Shown piece after piece: positions 19,510-31,192 of a DNA stretch of 64,000 nucleotides. Source of the stretch: Verrucomicrobiia bacterium (GTDB lineage Bacteria > Acidobacteriota > Polarisedimenticolia > Gp22-AA2); assembly GCA_035638075.1 (NCBI GenBank), contig DASRAU010000027.1, forward strand, positions 41,508-105,507, given 5' to 3'. The translations under genes and the position numbers were made by a program. Within the stretch, counting starts at the first letter, position 1; each line of letters opens with the position of its first letter. The notes under the pieces were generated by a model. The model had not been told where the DNA came from and did not search any database. It saw nothing but the letters and a program-made list of their open reading frames with translations.

Positions 19510-19932
19510 TTACCGGGGCGGGATCTCGAGTGCGCTGAAGAAGTAGGAAGTCTCGAACGCCGCGGTCGCCGACGCGTCGGAGCCGTGCACGATATTCTGT
19601 TCGATCGACGAGGCGAGGTCCTTGCGAATGGTCCCGGCCTCGGCCTTCAAAGGGTCAGTCGCCCCCATGATGCGGCGCACCGTCGCGATGGCGTCCTGCC
19701 CCTCGACGATCATCGGCACGATGGGGCCGGAGGTCATGAAGGACACCAGCGACTGGAAGAACGGCCGCTCGCGGTGCACGTGGTAGAAGCCGGAAGCGCC
19801 GGCGGCGTCGAGGCGCGTCATCTTCAGCGCGACGACCTTCAGGCCGGCCGCTTCGAAGCGCCGGATGACTTCGCCGACGACGTTCTTCTTCACGCCGTCC
19901 GGTTTCACGATCGAGAGCGTCCTTTCGGTCAT
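19510..19932 (-). CDS. ndk: Nucleoside diphosphate kinase
   Basis: 140 aa with [12 protein letters not shown] and NIVHGSD (active-site His) signatures. Confidence 0.95.
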   Translation of the reverse strand: MTERTLSIVKPDGVKKNVVGEVIRRFEAAGLKVVALKMTRLDAAGASGFYHVHRERPFFQSLVSFMTSGPIVPMIVEGQDAIATVRRIMGATDPLKAEAGTIRKDLASSIEQNIVHGSDASATAAFETSYFFSALEIPPR

Positions 19933-19948
19933 CGTCCCCCCCCCGTCA

Positions 19949-20833
19949 TCATCTCCCTCCGGATGCGTCGAGCAGGCGCCCGACCGTTGCGCCGATTTCC
20001 GCCGGCGTCTTGAGAACCGTGGCGCCCGCCGCCGAGAGCGCCGCCATCTTGTCCGCCGCCGTGCCCTTGCCGCCGGCGATGATCGCCCCGGCGTGCCCCA
20101 TGCGCCGCCCCGGCGGCGCCGTCTGGCCGGCGATGAAGGCGACGATCGGCTTCTTCACCGACGCCTTGGCGTAAGCCGCGGCTTCCTCTTCCATGCCGCC
20201 GCCGATCTCCCCGATGAGGACGATGGCCTTCGTCGCCGCGTCCGCCTCGAACAGGGCCAGCGCGTCCTTGTGCGTCGTGCCGATGATCGGGTCGCCGCCG
20301 ATGCCGATGCAGGTGGACTGCCCGATGCCGGCCCGCGACAGCTGCGCCACCGCCTCGTAGGTCAGGGTGCCGCTGCGCGACACGACGCCGACGGGGCCGG
20401 GCTTGTGAATGGCGCCCGGCATGATGCCGACCTTGCAGGCGCCCGGCGTGATGATGCCGGGGCAGTTCGGGCCGATGAGCCGCGCTCCCTTCGCGCGCAC
20501 GAACGGCGGCACCCGCACCATGTCCGCGGCCGGGATCCCCTCGGTGATGCAGACGATGAGCTTCACGCCGGCGTCGGCCGCTTCGAGGATCGCGTCGGCC
20601 GCGAAGGCCGGCGGCACGAAGATGAGCGACACGTCGCAGCCGGTCTTCGCGACCGCCTCGTTGACGGTGTTGAACACCGGGATGGTCTCGTGCGTCTGGC
20701 CGCCGCGCCCCGGCGTGACGCCGGCGACGACTTTCGTGCCGTAGTCGAGGCACTGCTTGGCGTGGAAGGAACCTTCGCGTCCGGTCAGCCCCTGGACGAC
20801 GATGCGGCTGTTCTTGTCGACGAGCACGCTCAT
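19949..20833 (-). CDS. sucD: Succinate--CoA ligase subunit alpha
   Basis: ATG at 20833 ([18 protein letters not shown]) overlaps the sucC stop (ATGA). Blocks SRSGTLTYE and GHAGAII (phospho-His) are present. Confidence 0.95.
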   Translation of the reverse strand: MSVLVDKNSRIVVQGLTGREGSFHAKQCLDYGTKVVAGVTPGRGGQTHETIPVFNTVNEAVAKTGCDVSLIFVPPAFAADAILEAADAGVKLIVCITEGIPAADMVRVPPFVRAKGARLIGPNCPGIITPGACKVGIMPGAIHKPGPVGVVSRSGTLTYEAVAQLSRAGIGQSTCIGIGGDPIIGTTHKDALALFEADAATKAIVLIGEIGGGMEEEAAAYAKASVKKPIVAFIAGQTAPPGRRMGHAGAIIAGGKGTAADKMAALSAAGATVLKTPAEIGATVGRLLDASGGR

Positions 20834-21996
20834 CGCGTCGCCCCGGCCAGCGCCACGACCTTCTTCGCGGCGTCGAGCATGTTGTCGGCGACCGTGACGT
20901 TGAGCTTCGCCTCGGCGATGAGGCGCTTGCCCTCGTCCACATTCGTGCCCTCGAGCCGGGCGACGATCGGCACCTTGACGCCGACCTTCTGCACCGCGTC
21001 GATGAGACCGCGCGCCAGCACGTCCACCCGCAGGATGCCGCCGAAGATGTTGATCAGCACCGCCTTGACGTTCGGATCCGCCACGAGGATGCGGAAGGCC
21101 GCCGCCACCTGCTCGCTCGAGGCGCCGCCGCCGACGTCGAGGAAGTTGGCGGGCGAGCCGCCGACGTGATGGATGATGTCCATCGTCGCCATGGCGAGAC
21201 CCGCGCCGTTCACCATGCAGCCGACGCTGCCGTCGAGCTTGATGTAGTTGAGCGAGTGGGCGGAAGCCTCGACCTCGAGCGGCTCCTCCTCGTCCGGATC
21301 GCGCAATTCGCGGATGCGCGGGTGGCGGTAGAGGGCGTTGTCGTCGAAGGTCATCTTGGCGTCGAGCGCCACGAGCCCACCCGCCTTCGTGACCACGAGC
21401 GGGTTGACCTCCACGAGCGAGGCGTCGACGGCGTCGTACATGCGCGCCAGCGCGGAGATCAGGTTGACGCCGCGCGTCACCTGATCTCCCTCGAGCCCGA
21501 GGCAATAGGCGATCTTGCGCGCCTGGTAGGAACGCAGGCCGAGGGACGGCTCGATCGGCTCGACCAGGATGGCTTCAGGCTTCTTCGCCGCGACGTCCTC
21601 GATGTCCATCCCCCCTTCGGCGCAGGCCATCACGGCGGGGACGCCGCGGCCGCGGTCGAGGGTGATGCCGAGGTACAGCTCGCGGACGATCTCGAGCGTC
21701 TCCTCGACCAGCAGACGCCGGACCTTCTTTCCCTGCGGGCCGGTCTGCGGCGTGACCAGGGTCATGCCGATCATCTTCTCGGCCAGCGCCCCGGCCTCGA
21801 CCGCGTCGGCGGCGACCTTGATCCCGCCTCCCTTGCCGCGGCCGCCGGCGTGCACTTGCGCCTTCAGGACGACGCGGCCGCCCAGGCTCGAAGCCTGCGC
21901 CATCGCCTCGCGCGGGCTGAACGCGACGTCACCGCGCGGCACGTCGATGCCGTGGCCGCGGAGCAGGAGCTTCGCCTGGTATTCGTGGATCTTCAC
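20830..21996 (-). CDS. sucC: Succinate--CoA ligase subunit beta
   Basis: 388 aa with [11 protein letters not shown] and an ATP-grasp region, plus the typical [10 protein letters not shown] block. Confidence 0.95.
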   Translation of the reverse strand: MKIHEYQAKLLLRGHGIDVPRGDVAFSPREAMAQASSLGGRVVLKAQVHAGGRGKGGGIKVAADAVEAGALAEKMIGMTLVTPQTGPQGKKVRRLLVEETLEIVRELYLGITLDRGRGVPAVMACAEGGMDIEDVAAKKPEAILVEPIEPSLGLRSYQARKIAYCLGLEGDQVTRGVNLISALARMYDAVDASLVEVNPLVVTKAGGLVALDAKMTFDDNALYRHPRIRELRDPDEEEPLEVEASAHSLNYIKLDGSVGCMVNGAGLAMATMDIIHHVGGSPANFLDVGGGASSEQVAAAFRILVADPNVKAVLINIFGGILRVDVLARGLIDAVQKVGVKVPIVARLEGTNVDEGKRLIAEAKLNVTVADNMLDAAKKVVALAGATR

Positions 21997-22099
21997 CGGA
22001 CCCTCCGGGGAAAGGGCTTTCTATCATCCCGCCCGAGGTGTGTCAAACCCTTGTTTTGACAGCCCTTGCACGCTGTGCGAGAATCCGCCGCCTGTCTCG

Positions 22100-23662
22100 A
22101 TGATGTCGCTCCCGCGCAACCTTCCCCGGCTCTTCGTCGTCGCGATCCTCGGCGGAACGCTCGCCTTCGCATCCGCCTCCGCGGCCGTCCCCACACCTGC
22201 TGCCGGAGCCCCGGGTGCGCCCCCGGCCGCGGCCGCCGCCGCGGACCAGAAAGCGACCATCGCGCCGCTGGCCTCCAGCCTCGGCGGGCTCGTGACCTCT
22301 TCCGCCGTCCTTCATCCCCAGGAGACCGGCATCGTCGTCATGGCGCTGCCGGAGCGACGCGTCGTCTACTCCAGGCAGGGCGATCGGCCGCTCAAGCCGG
22401 CCTCGACGCTCAAGATCCTCACGACCGCGACGTCGCTGGCGCTGCTGCGGCCGGAGTTCGTCCCGACCACGCCGATCTACGCCGACGCCGACATCGATGC
22501 CTCGGGCGTGCTGTCCGGAAACCTGTACCTCCAGGGACGAGGCGCACCGGACCTCGTGGGCGAGTCGTTCTGGCTCATCGCGCGGCGCCTGGCCGACCTC
22601 GGGCTGAAGAAGGTCACCGGGAACCTGGTCGCCGACGAGTCCTACTTCGACACCGTGCGCCGGCCGCCGGGCTGGCCGGCCCCGACCGCCGACTCCTGGT
22701 ACAACGCGCCGCAGGGGGCGTTGTCCTGCAACTTCAACGTCGTCACGGTGCGCGTCGCGCCCTCGCCGCTCCTCGGCTCACGCCCCGACCTGACCCTCGA
22801 GCCGGCGTCGTCGTATTTCCAGGTGCTCAACCGCGCGACCACCGCCGCGCAGACGACCGACCTGCGCGTCGATCGCCTGTACGAGGAGGGACAGAACCGC
22901 ATCGTCGTCGGCGGCACCGTGCGCCGCGGCGGCGGCACGGAGATCGTCAACCGCTCGGTCGAGGAACCGGCGCTGTGGTCCCTGACGGCGTTCCGGGAGA
23001 TCGCCAAAGGCCTCGGCATCGAAGTCGCGGGGAAGCTCGAGATCGGCACGGTGCCGGCGGGTGCGCGCCTGCTCTACACGCACGACTCGAAGCCGCTGGC
23101 CTCGCTCGTTCGCGACATGAACAAGAACAGCAACAACTTCATGGCCGAGATGCTCTTGAAGACGCTCGGAGCCCAGTTCGTGCAGACGCCGGGGACGACG
23201 GAGGGCGGCCTGGAGATGGTGCGCGCCTATCTCGCGGGGCTGGGGCTCGACCCCGCCGACATGCGCATCGTGGACGGGTCCGGCCTCTCCGACAACGATC
23301 GGATGCCCGCAATGATGATGGCCGAGATCCTGGCGCGCGCCCGCGCCGACTTCGAAGTGGGTCCGGAGCTGGTGTCGTCACTTCCCATCGGCGGCGCCGA
23401 CGGAACCCTCGCCGATCGCTTCGCCTCCGAGGAGGGACGCCGGCGCGTGCGCGCCAAGACCGGGCGCGTCGCCGGCGCGATTTCCCTCGCCGGCTACGCC
23501 TCCAACCGGGACGGCCACGTCCTGGCGTTCGCGATTTTCGCCAACCAGCCGCGCGGCACCCTCGACGCCGTGCACCGCTCGCTCGATCGCCTGGTCGACG
23601 CGATGGCCGCCAGCCGCGACACCGACCTGGTCGCGGGCCCGACGGCGGCTCCGGCGCAGTAA
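22100..23662 (+). CDS. dacB: D-alanyl-D-alanine carboxypeptidase/endopeptidase (PBP4, peptidase S13)
   Basis: ATG at 22100 with a signal peptide. PASTLKILT (SxxK), NKNSNNFMAE (SxN) and KTGR (KTG) motifs are present. Confidence 0.85.
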   Translation: MMSLPRNLPRLFVVAILGGTLAFASASAAVPTPAAGAPGAPPAAAAAADQKATIAPLASSLGGLVTSSAVLHPQETGIVVMALPERRVVYSRQGDRPLKPASTLKILTTATSLALLRPEFVPTTPIYADADIDASGVLSGNLYLQGRGAPDLVGESFWLIARRLADLGLKKVTGNLVADESYFDTVRRPPGWPAPTADSWYNAPQGALSCNFNVVTVRVAPSPLLGSRPDLTLEPASSYFQVLNRATTAAQTTDLRVDRLYEEGQNRIVVGGTVRRGGGTEIVNRSVEEPALWSLTAFREIAKGLGIEVAGKLEIGTVPAGARLLYTHDSKPLASLVRDMNKNSNNFMAEMLLKTLGAQFVQTPGTTEGGLEMVRAYLAGLGLDPADMRIVDGSGLSDNDRMPAMMMAEILARARADFEVGPELVSSLPIGGADGTLADRFASEEGRRRVRAKTGRVAGAISLAGYASNRDGHVLAFAIFANQPRGTLDAVHRSLDRLVDAMAASRDTDLVAGPTAAPAQ

Positions 23663-23665
23663 CCG

Positions 23666-24592
23666 CTAGAGCGGCAGCTTCTCGACGAGCTCCCGCACTG
23701 CGGCGGCGGATTTGTCGAGGGCGGCTTTCTCCTCGGCCGTCAGCTTGATCTCGATGACCTTCTCGAGGCCTTTCTCGCCGAGCTGCACCGGCACGCCCAC
23801 GAAGATCCCCGTGTAGCCGTACTCCCCTTCGAGGTAGGCGGCGCAGGGCAGGATGCGGTGCTCGTCGAGGAGGATCGCCTGGACCATCTGCACCACCGAC
23901 GAGGCCGGCGCGTAGTAGGCGCTGCCGCTCTTGAGCAGGTTGACGACCTCGATCCCGCCGTCGCGCGTCCGCTGCACGATGGCGTCGACCCTGTCCTTGG
24001 GCAGGAGCTCGGTGATCGGGATGCCGGCGACGGTCGAGTAGCGCGGCAGCGGCACCATGGTGTCGCCGTGCCCGCCGAGGACGAAGGCGTGCGTGTCGGC
24101 CACCGACACCCCGAGCGCCTCGGAGATGAAGAAGCGCATGCGCGCCGAGTCGAGCACGCCGGCCATGCCGAGCACCCGCTGGCGCGGGAAGCCGCTCACC
24201 TTGAGGGCCGTGTGCGCCATGGCGTCGAGCGGGTTGCTGACGATGATGAGGACCGCGTTGGGCGACTGCTTCGCCACCTCGGTCGTGACCTGCTTGACGA
24301 TCTCGAAGTTCTTCGCGACCAGGTCGTCGCGGCTCATGCCGGGCTTGCGCGGCAGGCCCGAGGTGATCACCACGACGTCCGAACCGGCGGTGGCGGCGTA
24401 ATTGTTCGCCCCGGTCAGGCGCATGTCGTAGTTGTCCACCGGCCCCGCCTCGTTGAGGTCGAGGCTCTTCCCCTGCGGCATCCCCTCGACGATGTCCACG
24501 AGGACGACGTCCGCCAGCCGCCGCATGACGATCCGCTCCGCCGCCGAGGCGCCGACGTTGCCCGCACCGATGATCGAGACCTTCCTGCGCAT
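23666..24592 (-). CDS. mdh: Malate dehydrogenase (LDH-like type)
   Basis: 308 aa with [24 protein letters not shown] and GGHGDTMVP motifs. Confidence 0.95.
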   Translation of the reverse strand: MRRKVSIIGAGNVGASAAERIVMRRLADVVLVDIVEGMPQGKSLDLNEAGPVDNYDMRLTGANNYAATAGSDVVVITSGLPRKPGMSRDDLVAKNFEIVKQVTTEVAKQSPNAVLIIVSNPLDAMAHTALKVSGFPRQRVLGMAGVLDSARMRFFISEALGVSVADTHAFVLGGHGDTMVPLPRYSTVAGIPITELLPKDRVDAIVQRTRDGGIEVVNLLKSGSAYYAPASSVVQMVQAILLDEHRILPCAAYLEGEYGYTGIFVGVPVQLGEKGLEKVIEIKLTAEEKAALDKSAAAVRELVEKLPL

Positions 24593-24613
24593 CGCTCCTC
24601 CTCTTCCCCGGGG

Positions 24614-25864
24614 TTACGCGACCGCCTGCATGCGGTCGATGACGACGCCGGCAAACTCGGAGCAGCGCACCGTCTGCGCCTCCTGCATCTGCCGCGCCAG
24701 ATCATAAGTGACCTGCCGGCTGGCGATGGCGCCGCGTACCCCCGCGACGACGAGCCGGCCCGCCTCCTCCCAGCCGAGGTGCTCCAGGAGCATCGCTCCC
24801 GACAGGATGAGCGCGCCCGGGTTCACGTCGTCGCGCCCGGCGTGCGCCGCGGCCGTGCCGTGGGTCGCCTCGAAGACCGCCAGCTCGTCGCCGAGGTTGA
24901 CGCTCGGCGCCAGCCCCAGGCCCCCGACGAGGCCGGCGGCGGCGTACGACAGGTAGTCGCCGTTGAGGTTCGTCGTCGCCAGGACCGAGTAATCCTCCGG
25001 CCGGGTCATGAGCTGCTGGAACATCGAGTCGAGGATGCGATCCTTGACGATGACGCGCCCGTCGGGCCCCTCGGTGCCGCGCTCGGCGGCGTCCTCCTCG
25101 GTGACGGTGAGGTCGCCGAACTCCTCGCGCGCCACGGCGTACCCCCAGTCGCGGAAGGCCCCCTCGGTGAACTTCATGATGTTCCCCTTGTGCACGAGGG
25201 TGACGCTCGGGCGCCCGTGCTCGAGGGCGTGCCGCAGGGCGCGGCGCACCAGGGCCTGGCTGCGGCGCGCGCTCATCGGCTTGATGCCGAGCGCGGTTTC
25301 CGCCGGCAGGTCGCAGCCCATCTCGCGGTTGAGGAACTCGATCACCCGGCGGCTGCCGCCGGTCTTCTCGCGCCACTCGATGCCGGCGTACACGTCCTCG
25401 GTGTTCTCGCGGAAGATCGCCAGGTCGATGCGCTCGGGATGTTTCATCGGCGACGGCGCCCCCGGGAACCAGCGCACCGGCCGCAGGCACGCGTACAGGT
25501 CGAGCTCCTGGCGCAGCGTCGAGTTGAGGCTCTTGAACCCGCCACCGACCGGCGTCGTCAGCGGCCCCTTGAAGGCGATGCCGTAGTGGGCGAGCGCGTC
25601 GAGGGTGTCCTGGGGGAGCCACTCGCCGTAGCGCTCCCAGGCCTTGCCGCCCGCGAACACCTCGAACCAGACCAGCCGGCGCTCCCCCTCGTAGGCGCGC
25701 GCCACTGCGGCATCGAGGACCCGCCGCGCCGCCGCGACGATCTCCGGCCCGACCCCGTCCCCCTCGATGAACGGGACGATCGGCTCGGGGGGCGTCAGGC
25801 AGCGTCCCTCCTCGTAACGCAGGGGATTCCCTTCGACCGGCGGGTGGAGCTTTTCGAATTGCAT
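24614..25864 (-). CDS. icd: NADP-dependent isocitrate dehydrogenase
   Basis: 416 aa with typical IDH blocks (GDGVGPEI, SLNSTLRQELDLYACLRP, NLNGDYLSYAAAGLVGGLGLAPS). Confidence 0.95.
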   Translation of the reverse strand: MQFEKLHPPVEGNPLRYEEGRCLTPPEPIVPFIEGDGVGPEIVAAARRVLDAAVARAYEGERRLVWFEVFAGGKAWERYGEWLPQDTLDALAHYGIAFKGPLTTPVGGGFKSLNSTLRQELDLYACLRPVRWFPGAPSPMKHPERIDLAIFRENTEDVYAGIEWREKTGGSRRVIEFLNREMGCDLPAETALGIKPMSARRSQALVRRALRHALEHGRPSVTLVHKGNIMKFTEGAFRDWGYAVAREEFGDLTVTEEDAAERGTEGPDGRVIVKDRILDSMFQQLMTRPEDYSVLATTNLNGDYLSYAAAGLVGGLGLAPSVNLGDELAVFEATHGTAAAHAGRDDVNPGALILSGAMLLEHLGWEEAGRLVVAGVRGAIASRQVTYDLARQMQEAQTVRCSEFAGVVIDRMQAVA

Positions 25865-25920
25865 GAGGCCCGTACTTTACCAGCGAAGCGGGCGGCCGGG
25901 CCCCTGACTCGGATCGGATC

Positions 25921-26727
25921 CTAGTACTGGACGAGGGAACCTTCGGCGCGGGCGCGGCGGATGGCGAAGCGGAAGGCGATGGCGCCGAGCGGCACCAGGA
26001 TCACGACGAACACGAGGAGCGCCGCGATGTCGGGGAGGATCTCCTGGAACGTCGCGCCCTTGAGGAGCGCCTGCCGCCAGGCGTGCAGGGCATAGGTGAT
26101 CGGCAGGAACTTCGACAGCGAGCCGAGCCACGGCCACATGTCCTGGGGCGGGTAGAAGACGCCGCCGAGCAGCACCGAGACGCTCGACACGAGGTAGGTG
26201 ATGGGGTCCCCGCGCTTCAAGTAGAAGACGAAGGCGGCCGACAGGATGCCGATCCCTGAGAACGCCAGCACGGTGATCGCCAGCACCAGCAGGCACAGCG
26301 GCAGGTTCTCGAACCGGATGGCGATGCCGAAGGCCCAGCCGATGACGAGGTAGATCGCCACCTTCACCGAGGACAGGACGAATTCCCACAGCGCCGAGCC
26401 GAGCACCACCGTCCCGGGCGAGGTCGGCGTCACCAGGATCGCCTCGAGCGTCCCGGTCATCTGCTCCTGCCGGATCTTCTGCGAGAACGACCCGAGTGCC
26501 GACGACAGGTAATGGAAGAAGGCCAGCCCGAGGAGGACGTAGGCGAAGTAGTCCATCCCGTCGAGCCCCGGCGTGTCGGCCGGCGCCTTGAGCACGCCGG
26601 ACACGAAGCGCCAGATCAGCACCGACATGAGGATTCCGAAGAACTGCAGCAGGAACGCGGTCCGGTAGGACGTCTCCACCAGGAAATCGCGCTTCAGGAA
26701 GGCGAGCAGGATGCCGAGGGTCTTCAC
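25921..26727 (-). CDS. ABC-2 type transporter permease
   Basis: GTG at 26727 overlaps the ATPase stop (GTGA). The protein is 268 aa with 6 predicted TM segments and ABC-2 topology. Confidence 0.8.
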   Translation of the reverse strand: MKTLGILLAFLKRDFLVETSYRTAFLLQFFGILMSVLIWRFVSGVLKAPADTPGLDGMDYFAYVLLGLAFFHYLSSALGSFSQKIRQEQMTGTLEAILVTPTSPGTVVLGSALWEFVLSSVKVAIYLVIGWAFGIAIRFENLPLCLLVLAITVLAFSGIGILSAAFVFYLKRGDPITYLVSSVSVLLGGVFYPPQDMWPWLGSLSKFLPITYALHAWRQALLKGATFQEILPDIAALLVFVVILVPLGAIAFRFAIRRARAEGSLVQY

Positions 26728-27734
26728 CGGGGGTGCTCCCGCTCCATCTGGTCGAAGACCTCCTGCAGCCCGGGCTCGCGTCGCGTGCAGGAGAGGATGG
26801 TGCCGCCCGCGGCGAGCAGCGCCTGCAGGAGATCCGACAGCGGCCGGCCGCCGCGATCGATCGCCGCCGCGAGGCGCAGGACGCCGTCCCGGCGCGGCTC
26901 CGGCTCGAGGACCCAGCGCGGACCGGCGGGAGGCCGATCGATTCCGGTGACCTCGATGGCGTACTGTTCGCGGCCCGGCAGTCCGGCGGTGATGTCGGCC
27001 AGGCTCCCCTCCCGCAGCACCCGGCCGCGGTGCAGGATCGCCAGGCGCTGGCAGAGGTCCTCCGCCTCCGGCAGGTTGTGCGTCGCCAGGAGGATCGTTT
27101 TTCCCCGCTGCTGGTGCAGACGCGTCCCGATGAACTGGCGCAGGTGTTTCGCGGCGATCGGGTCGAGGGAGCGGGTCGGCTCGTCGAGGCACAGGACCGG
27201 CGGGTCGTGCAGGAGCGCGCGGCAGATCGCCAGGCGCTGCTTCATCCCGGAGGAGTACGACATGAACTGGCGCTTCGCGACCTCGCCCAGCTCCATCGTC
27301 TCGAGCAGGTCGCGGGTGCGGCGGCGCGACTCCGCGGCGCCGAGGCCGTAGAGCCGGGCGAAGAACTCGAGGTTGTCCTCTCCCGAGAGCCGCCAGTAGA
27401 ACGAGCGCTCGTCGGCGGTGACGAAGCCGATGCTGCGCCGAACCTCCTCGTCGTCACGCGCCACATCGCGTCCTTCGACCTCGGCCGTGCCGCGCGTCGG
27501 CAGGATGAGGCAGGCGAGGATCTTGAGCAGCGTCGTCTTGCCGGCGCCGTTGGGCCCGAGCAGCCCGTAGAGGGTGCCACGCGGCACCTCGAGCGAGACG
27601 TCCACGAGCCCCTCGACGCGCTCGGCGCGCCGCCACGGGTGCAGGGTCATTTCGAGGATCGACCGCCGTTTGATGTAGGTCTTGCCCAATCCGCGCAGCC
27701 GCAGCGCCGGCACGTCCCCGGGAGCCGCCATCAT
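26724..27734 (-). CDS. ABC transporter ATP-binding protein
   Basis: ATG at 27734 overlaps the stop of the upstream gene (ATGA). Walker [10 protein letters not shown], signature YSSGMKQR and Walker B VLCLDEPT are present. Confidence 0.85.
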   Translation of the reverse strand: MMAAPGDVPALRLRGLGKTYIKRRSILEMTLHPWRRAERVEGLVDVSLEVPRGTLYGLLGPNGAGKTTLLKILACLILPTRGTAEVEGRDVARDDEEVRRSIGFVTADERSFYWRLSGEDNLEFFARLYGLGAAESRRRTRDLLETMELGEVAKRQFMSYSSGMKQRLAICRALLHDPPVLCLDEPTRSLDPIAAKHLRQFIGTRLHQQRGKTILLATHNLPEAEDLCQRLAILHRGRVLREGSLADITAGLPGREQYAIEVTGIDRPPAGPRWVLEPEPRRDGVLRLAAAIDRGGRPLSDLLQALLAAGGTILSCTRREPGLQEVFDQMEREHPR

Positions 27735-30700
27735 TTCCCCTCGAGGTGGCGCGTGTTGTACGTGGTGCGCCAGTCTCGGTGGGCGGCGTCGTCGGGGTAC
27801 TTCTCCCCTTCCGCGTAGGGGTAGGACTTCATGTCGCGGAACGGCAGCGGCTCGACCGTCTCGCCGTGCGCCGTGTGCGGATCCATGTCCTTGCACCAGC
27901 CGGACAGGTTCAGGACGAAGGAGCGGATGGTCCCCTTGGGGGCCGGCGGCAGCCCCTTGACCGGGAACTCGAGCGTCACTTCCTCACCCTTGCCGAAGAT
28001 GACCGAGAGATCGTCCGCCTCGGTGACGAGGTCCGTCACCCGTCCCAGGCGGGTGTAGTCGCCGCTCATGACGCGGAAGGGCTGCGTGTTGTCGAGGATG
28101 CGGTAATCGTAGAGACGCGGCTCCTTCCCGTCGGGGCTGTGCTCGCGCGGAAAGCCGCGGCGGTGCAGGTGCGCCGCGGCCGTCTTCGCCTCGCTCACCT
28201 GGAGGCGCGACGCCATGGTCGCCTCGTCCCACGGCCGCGCCAGGAAGATCTGGTCCCAGTAGACGCGCATGTTGGTGCGCAGCCGCATGCGCCGGCCACG
28301 GAGCTTCCCGAGCGACGAGAGGTCGACCGCGATGGTGCGCGCCATCCCGGGCGGGAAGCCCATCGGCTCGAGCACCGGCTGGAAGATCCCGTCGGCGTTC
28401 TCCATCTCGAGGATGGGGATCACCATCGACAGCTCCTGCTGGGACGCCGCGTAGTTGCTCGACGAATACTCGAAGTCCGTCCAGCCGTTGAGGAAGAGGA
28501 CGTAGCCCTCCTGGTCGACGATCGACGGCGGGAACTCCATGGTGATGTCGTGCATCTCGGCGTAGCCGGCGAGGTTGAGCTTGCGGAACTCGTCCGGGTA
28601 GGTGCGATCCACCTTGACGATGCGGTCGAGCACGTCGCGCCCGTGGTGATCGACGGCGCGCGTCGGGACGATCTTCGCCGTCTTCTCGAACGCATACAGG
28701 CGCGGGGTGCCGCGCGGCACGCCGGCGTTCATGTTCGGGACGACCTCGACGTCCTTCGGGGCGTCGATCACCTGGAGCCGCGCCGCGTCGAGGTAGGTGA
28801 CCTCCTCGAGGTTCTCGAGCACCTGGAAGTAATACGCCCCGTCGAGCGGCTGCAGCTGCGTCGCCGAGATTGCCAGCGACTCGTCCGGCACCGGCGTGCC
28901 GTACTTGCCCGGAGCGAGCCAGGTGCCGAGTCCGCCGACGCCGAGCACGTCGGTGACGAAGCGGTAGGAGCCGCCGTCCCAGGCGAACAGCAGCGGGCAC
29001 GAGGATCCCTTGCGGTCGAGCTCCTGGGGCTCGATGCGCTGGCCCGACGAGACGTCGAGCTCCGCCTGCAGCACGCCGCCCGGCCAGAGGAGACGGACGA
29101 CATCGGCGACCGGACGCGGGCCGAGCCCGGCGTGGAGCGGCACTGCGGAGGACGAGAGATAACCCGAGCCCGCGGTCACTTCGCGCCGCTGCCAGGACGG
29201 TCCCGCCTGGATCTCGATCTTCGTACCGACCGCCTGGCGATTGCTGCCGAGTCCGTGCGGCGCGACCTCCACCCACTTGTTCTGCGACGGCGTGTCGTTG
29301 AGGAGCACGAGAGCCGCACCGCCGTTCTGTGACACGACCAGGTCGAGATCGCCGTCGCCGTCGAGATCGGCGGTCGCGGCGCCGCGGCCGTCCTTGATCG
29401 CGATGGTGCCGAGCCCCGCCGCCGCGGTGGCGTCGCTGAAGGCGCCGTGCCCGTCGTTGGTGAGCAGCACCTGGCCGGCGCCGCACAGATACAAATCGAG
29501 GTCGCCGTCGTTGTCGGCGTCGAACAGGACGGCGCCGTAGAACGACCCCTTCGCCGCCGCCGGCAGATCCCGCCGCGCGAATCCGCCGTTCTCCTGGCCG
29601 AGGAAGAGAGCCGTCCCTTCCGGCGCCGGCGCGGGGAAGACGAGATCGGGCCGGCCGTCGCCGTCCACGTCGCCCACGGCCACGCCGCGTCCTCCCCCCG
29701 CCGCGCGCAGTCCGGCGCGCCCGGCTGCCTCGGCGAATCCGTCCTCGCGCCGGTTGTCGAGCAGCGTGTCGGCGCCGCCGACGCCCGCGACGACGATGTC
29801 GAGGTCGCGGTCGAGGTCGAGGTCGGAGAACAACACGCCGATCGCTCCGCCCGCGCCCGGACGGACAGGCAGGCTGGAGGTCGCCTCCTCGAAGGTGCCG
29901 TCGCCACGGTTTCGCAGCAGGGTCAGGCGCGCAGCGCCCGCCGCCGGGCTCGGGCGCGCCAAGAGCAAATCGAGATCCCCATCATGGTCGGGATCCCCCC
30001 AGGCGGCGCCGGCGATGAGCCCCTTCGCCGCGATTTTCGACGCGGTGCTGACATCCTGGAACGTGCCCTTGCCGTCGTTCCGGAAGAGAGCCGCGCCCGA
30101 AGCCCCGGTGAGACAGAGGTCGAGGTCGCCGTCGTTGTCGTAGTCGCCCAGCGCCGCCGCCAGTCCCGCGGAAGGGAACGCGACCCCGGCGCGGGCAGAG
30201 ACGTCCTCGAAGCGGCCGCCGCCGCGGTTCTTTTCGATCACCGGCGTCCCCTTGCCGTCCGCGGAGACGTTGGCCAGGATGAGATCGATGAGACCATCGC
30301 CGTCGAGATCGCCGGCGGCAACCCCCGAACCGAGACGCGCCGCCTCGGTCGCCTTGCCGTCTCCGCCGGGACCGCCGTGCTTGAAAATGATTCCCGAAGC
30401 GACGGTGGCATCGCGGAAGCGCGCCGCCACGGCCGGTGCCGGAGCCTGTGGCCCGAAGGCGGAATAGTCGGTGATGACGAGCGCGTACCGTCCTGCCTCG
30501 CCGTACTGGTTGCCGGTCGGCACCGCGAACTTCGGGTTGGCGGCCAGCTTCTGGTAGGCCGCCATCTCCTTCTCCCCTTCCGCCGCCTGCCCCGACTGTA
30601 CCAGCGCGCGGGCCAGCTGGTAGCGCACCGACATGCCGTTGGGGTCGAGATCCCTGGCCTTGCGCAGCGACTCGATGGCGCGATCGAACTGCCGCTGCCG

Positions 30701-31192
30701 GCCGTAGAGCAGCCCGATGTTGTAGAGGATGTCGGGATCGGCGGGGTCGAGCTTCTGCGCGGCTTCGAATTCGGCCAGGGCCTCGGCGCTCTGTCCCTGG
30801 CCTTTCTGGAGCGTCGCGAGCCCGTAGTGCCCGGCCACGAGCTTCGGGTCGAGACGGATCGCCTCCTGGAACGCCTGCGCCGCCTTGTCCATCTGGCGGG
30901 CATAAAGTGCCGCGAGCCCGAGATTGACCTGCCCGGGCGCCCACGCCGGAGCCGTCGTCGTGACCTTGGTGAATTCCTCCAGCGCCTGCGCCGGCTTGTA
31001 CTGCTCCATCAGCGCCGCACCGCGATTGTTCGCCGCGAAGAGCGCCTCGGTGTCCACCTTGCCCGCGGTCGACGCGGGCGCGGCGTCACGTGGGCTCGCG
31101 CCACTGGAGCAGGCCGCGACCAGGAAGAGCGCCGCGAGCAGCCGCGCCAGCGTCCTGCCCCGCGCCGCGCCCAGGCCGCTCGTCCCGCTCAT
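27731..31192 (-). CDS. Large lipoprotein with N-terminal TPR repeats, FG-GAP/VCBS repeats, an ASPIC/UnbV domain and a roughly 450-aa C-terminal extension (CRTAC1-family-like)
   Basis: ATG at 31192 (MSGTSGLG...LFLVAACSSG lipobox) overlaps the stop of the upstream gene (ATGA). There are at least 7 Ca-binding-like DxDxDGxxD repeats (DLDGDGLIDL, DYDNDGDLDL, DPDHDGDLDL...), followed by an UnbV-like block GSGYLSSS. Confidence 0.8.
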   Translation of the reverse strand: MSGTSGLGAARGRTLARLLAALFLVAACSSGASPRDAAPASTAGKVDTEALFAANNRGAALMEQYKPAQALEEFTKVTTTAPAWAPGQVNLGLAALYARQMDKAAQAFQEAIRLDPKLVAGHYGLATLQKGQGQSAEALAEFEAAQKLDPADPDILYNIGLLYGRQRQFDRAIESLRKARDLDPNGMSVRYQLARALVQSGQAAEGEKEMAAYQKLAANPKFAVPTGNQYGEAGRYALVITDYSAFGPQAPAPAVAARFRDATVASGIIFKHGGPGGDGKATEAARLGSGVAAGDLDGDGLIDLILANVSADGKGTPVIEKNRGGGRFEDVSARAGVAFPSAGLAAALGDYDNDGDLDLCLTGASGAALFRNDGKGTFQDVSTASKIAAKGLIAGAAWGDPDHDGDLDLLLARPSPAAGAARLTLLRNRGDGTFEEATSSLPVRPGAGGAIGVLFSDLDLDRDLDIVVAGVGGADTLLDNRREDGFAEAAGRAGLRAAGGGRGVAVGDVDGDGRPDLVFPAPAPEGTALFLGQENGGFARRDLPAAAKGSFYGAVLFDADNDGDLDLYLCGAGQVLLTNDGHGAFSDATAAAGLGTIAIKDGRGAATADLDGDGDLDLVVSQNGGAALVLLNDTPSQNKWVEVAPHGLGSNRQAVGTKIEIQAGPSWQRREVTAGSGYLSSSAVPLHAGLGPRPVADVVRLLWPGGVLQAELDVSSGQRIEPQELDRKGSSCPLLFAWDGGSYRFVTDVLGVGGLGTWLAPGKYGTPVPDESLAISATQLQPLDGAYYFQVLENLEEVTYLDAARLQVIDAPKDVEVVPNMNAGVPRGTPRLYAFEKTAKIVPTRAVDHHGRDVLDRIVKVDRTYPDEFRKLNLAGYAEMHDITMEFPPSIVDQEGYVLFLNGWTDFEYSSSNYAASQQELSMVIPILEMENADGIFQPVLEPMGFPPGMARTIAVDLSSLGKLRGRRMRLRTNMRVYWDQIFLARPWDEATMASRLQVSEAKTAAAHLHRRGFPREHSPDGKEPRLYDYRILDNTQPFRVMSGDYTRLGRVTDLVTEADDLSVIFGKGEEVTLEFPVKGLPPAPKGTIRSFVLNLSGWCKDMDPHTAHGETVEPLPFRDMKSYPYAEGEKYPDDAAHRDWRTTYNTRHLEGK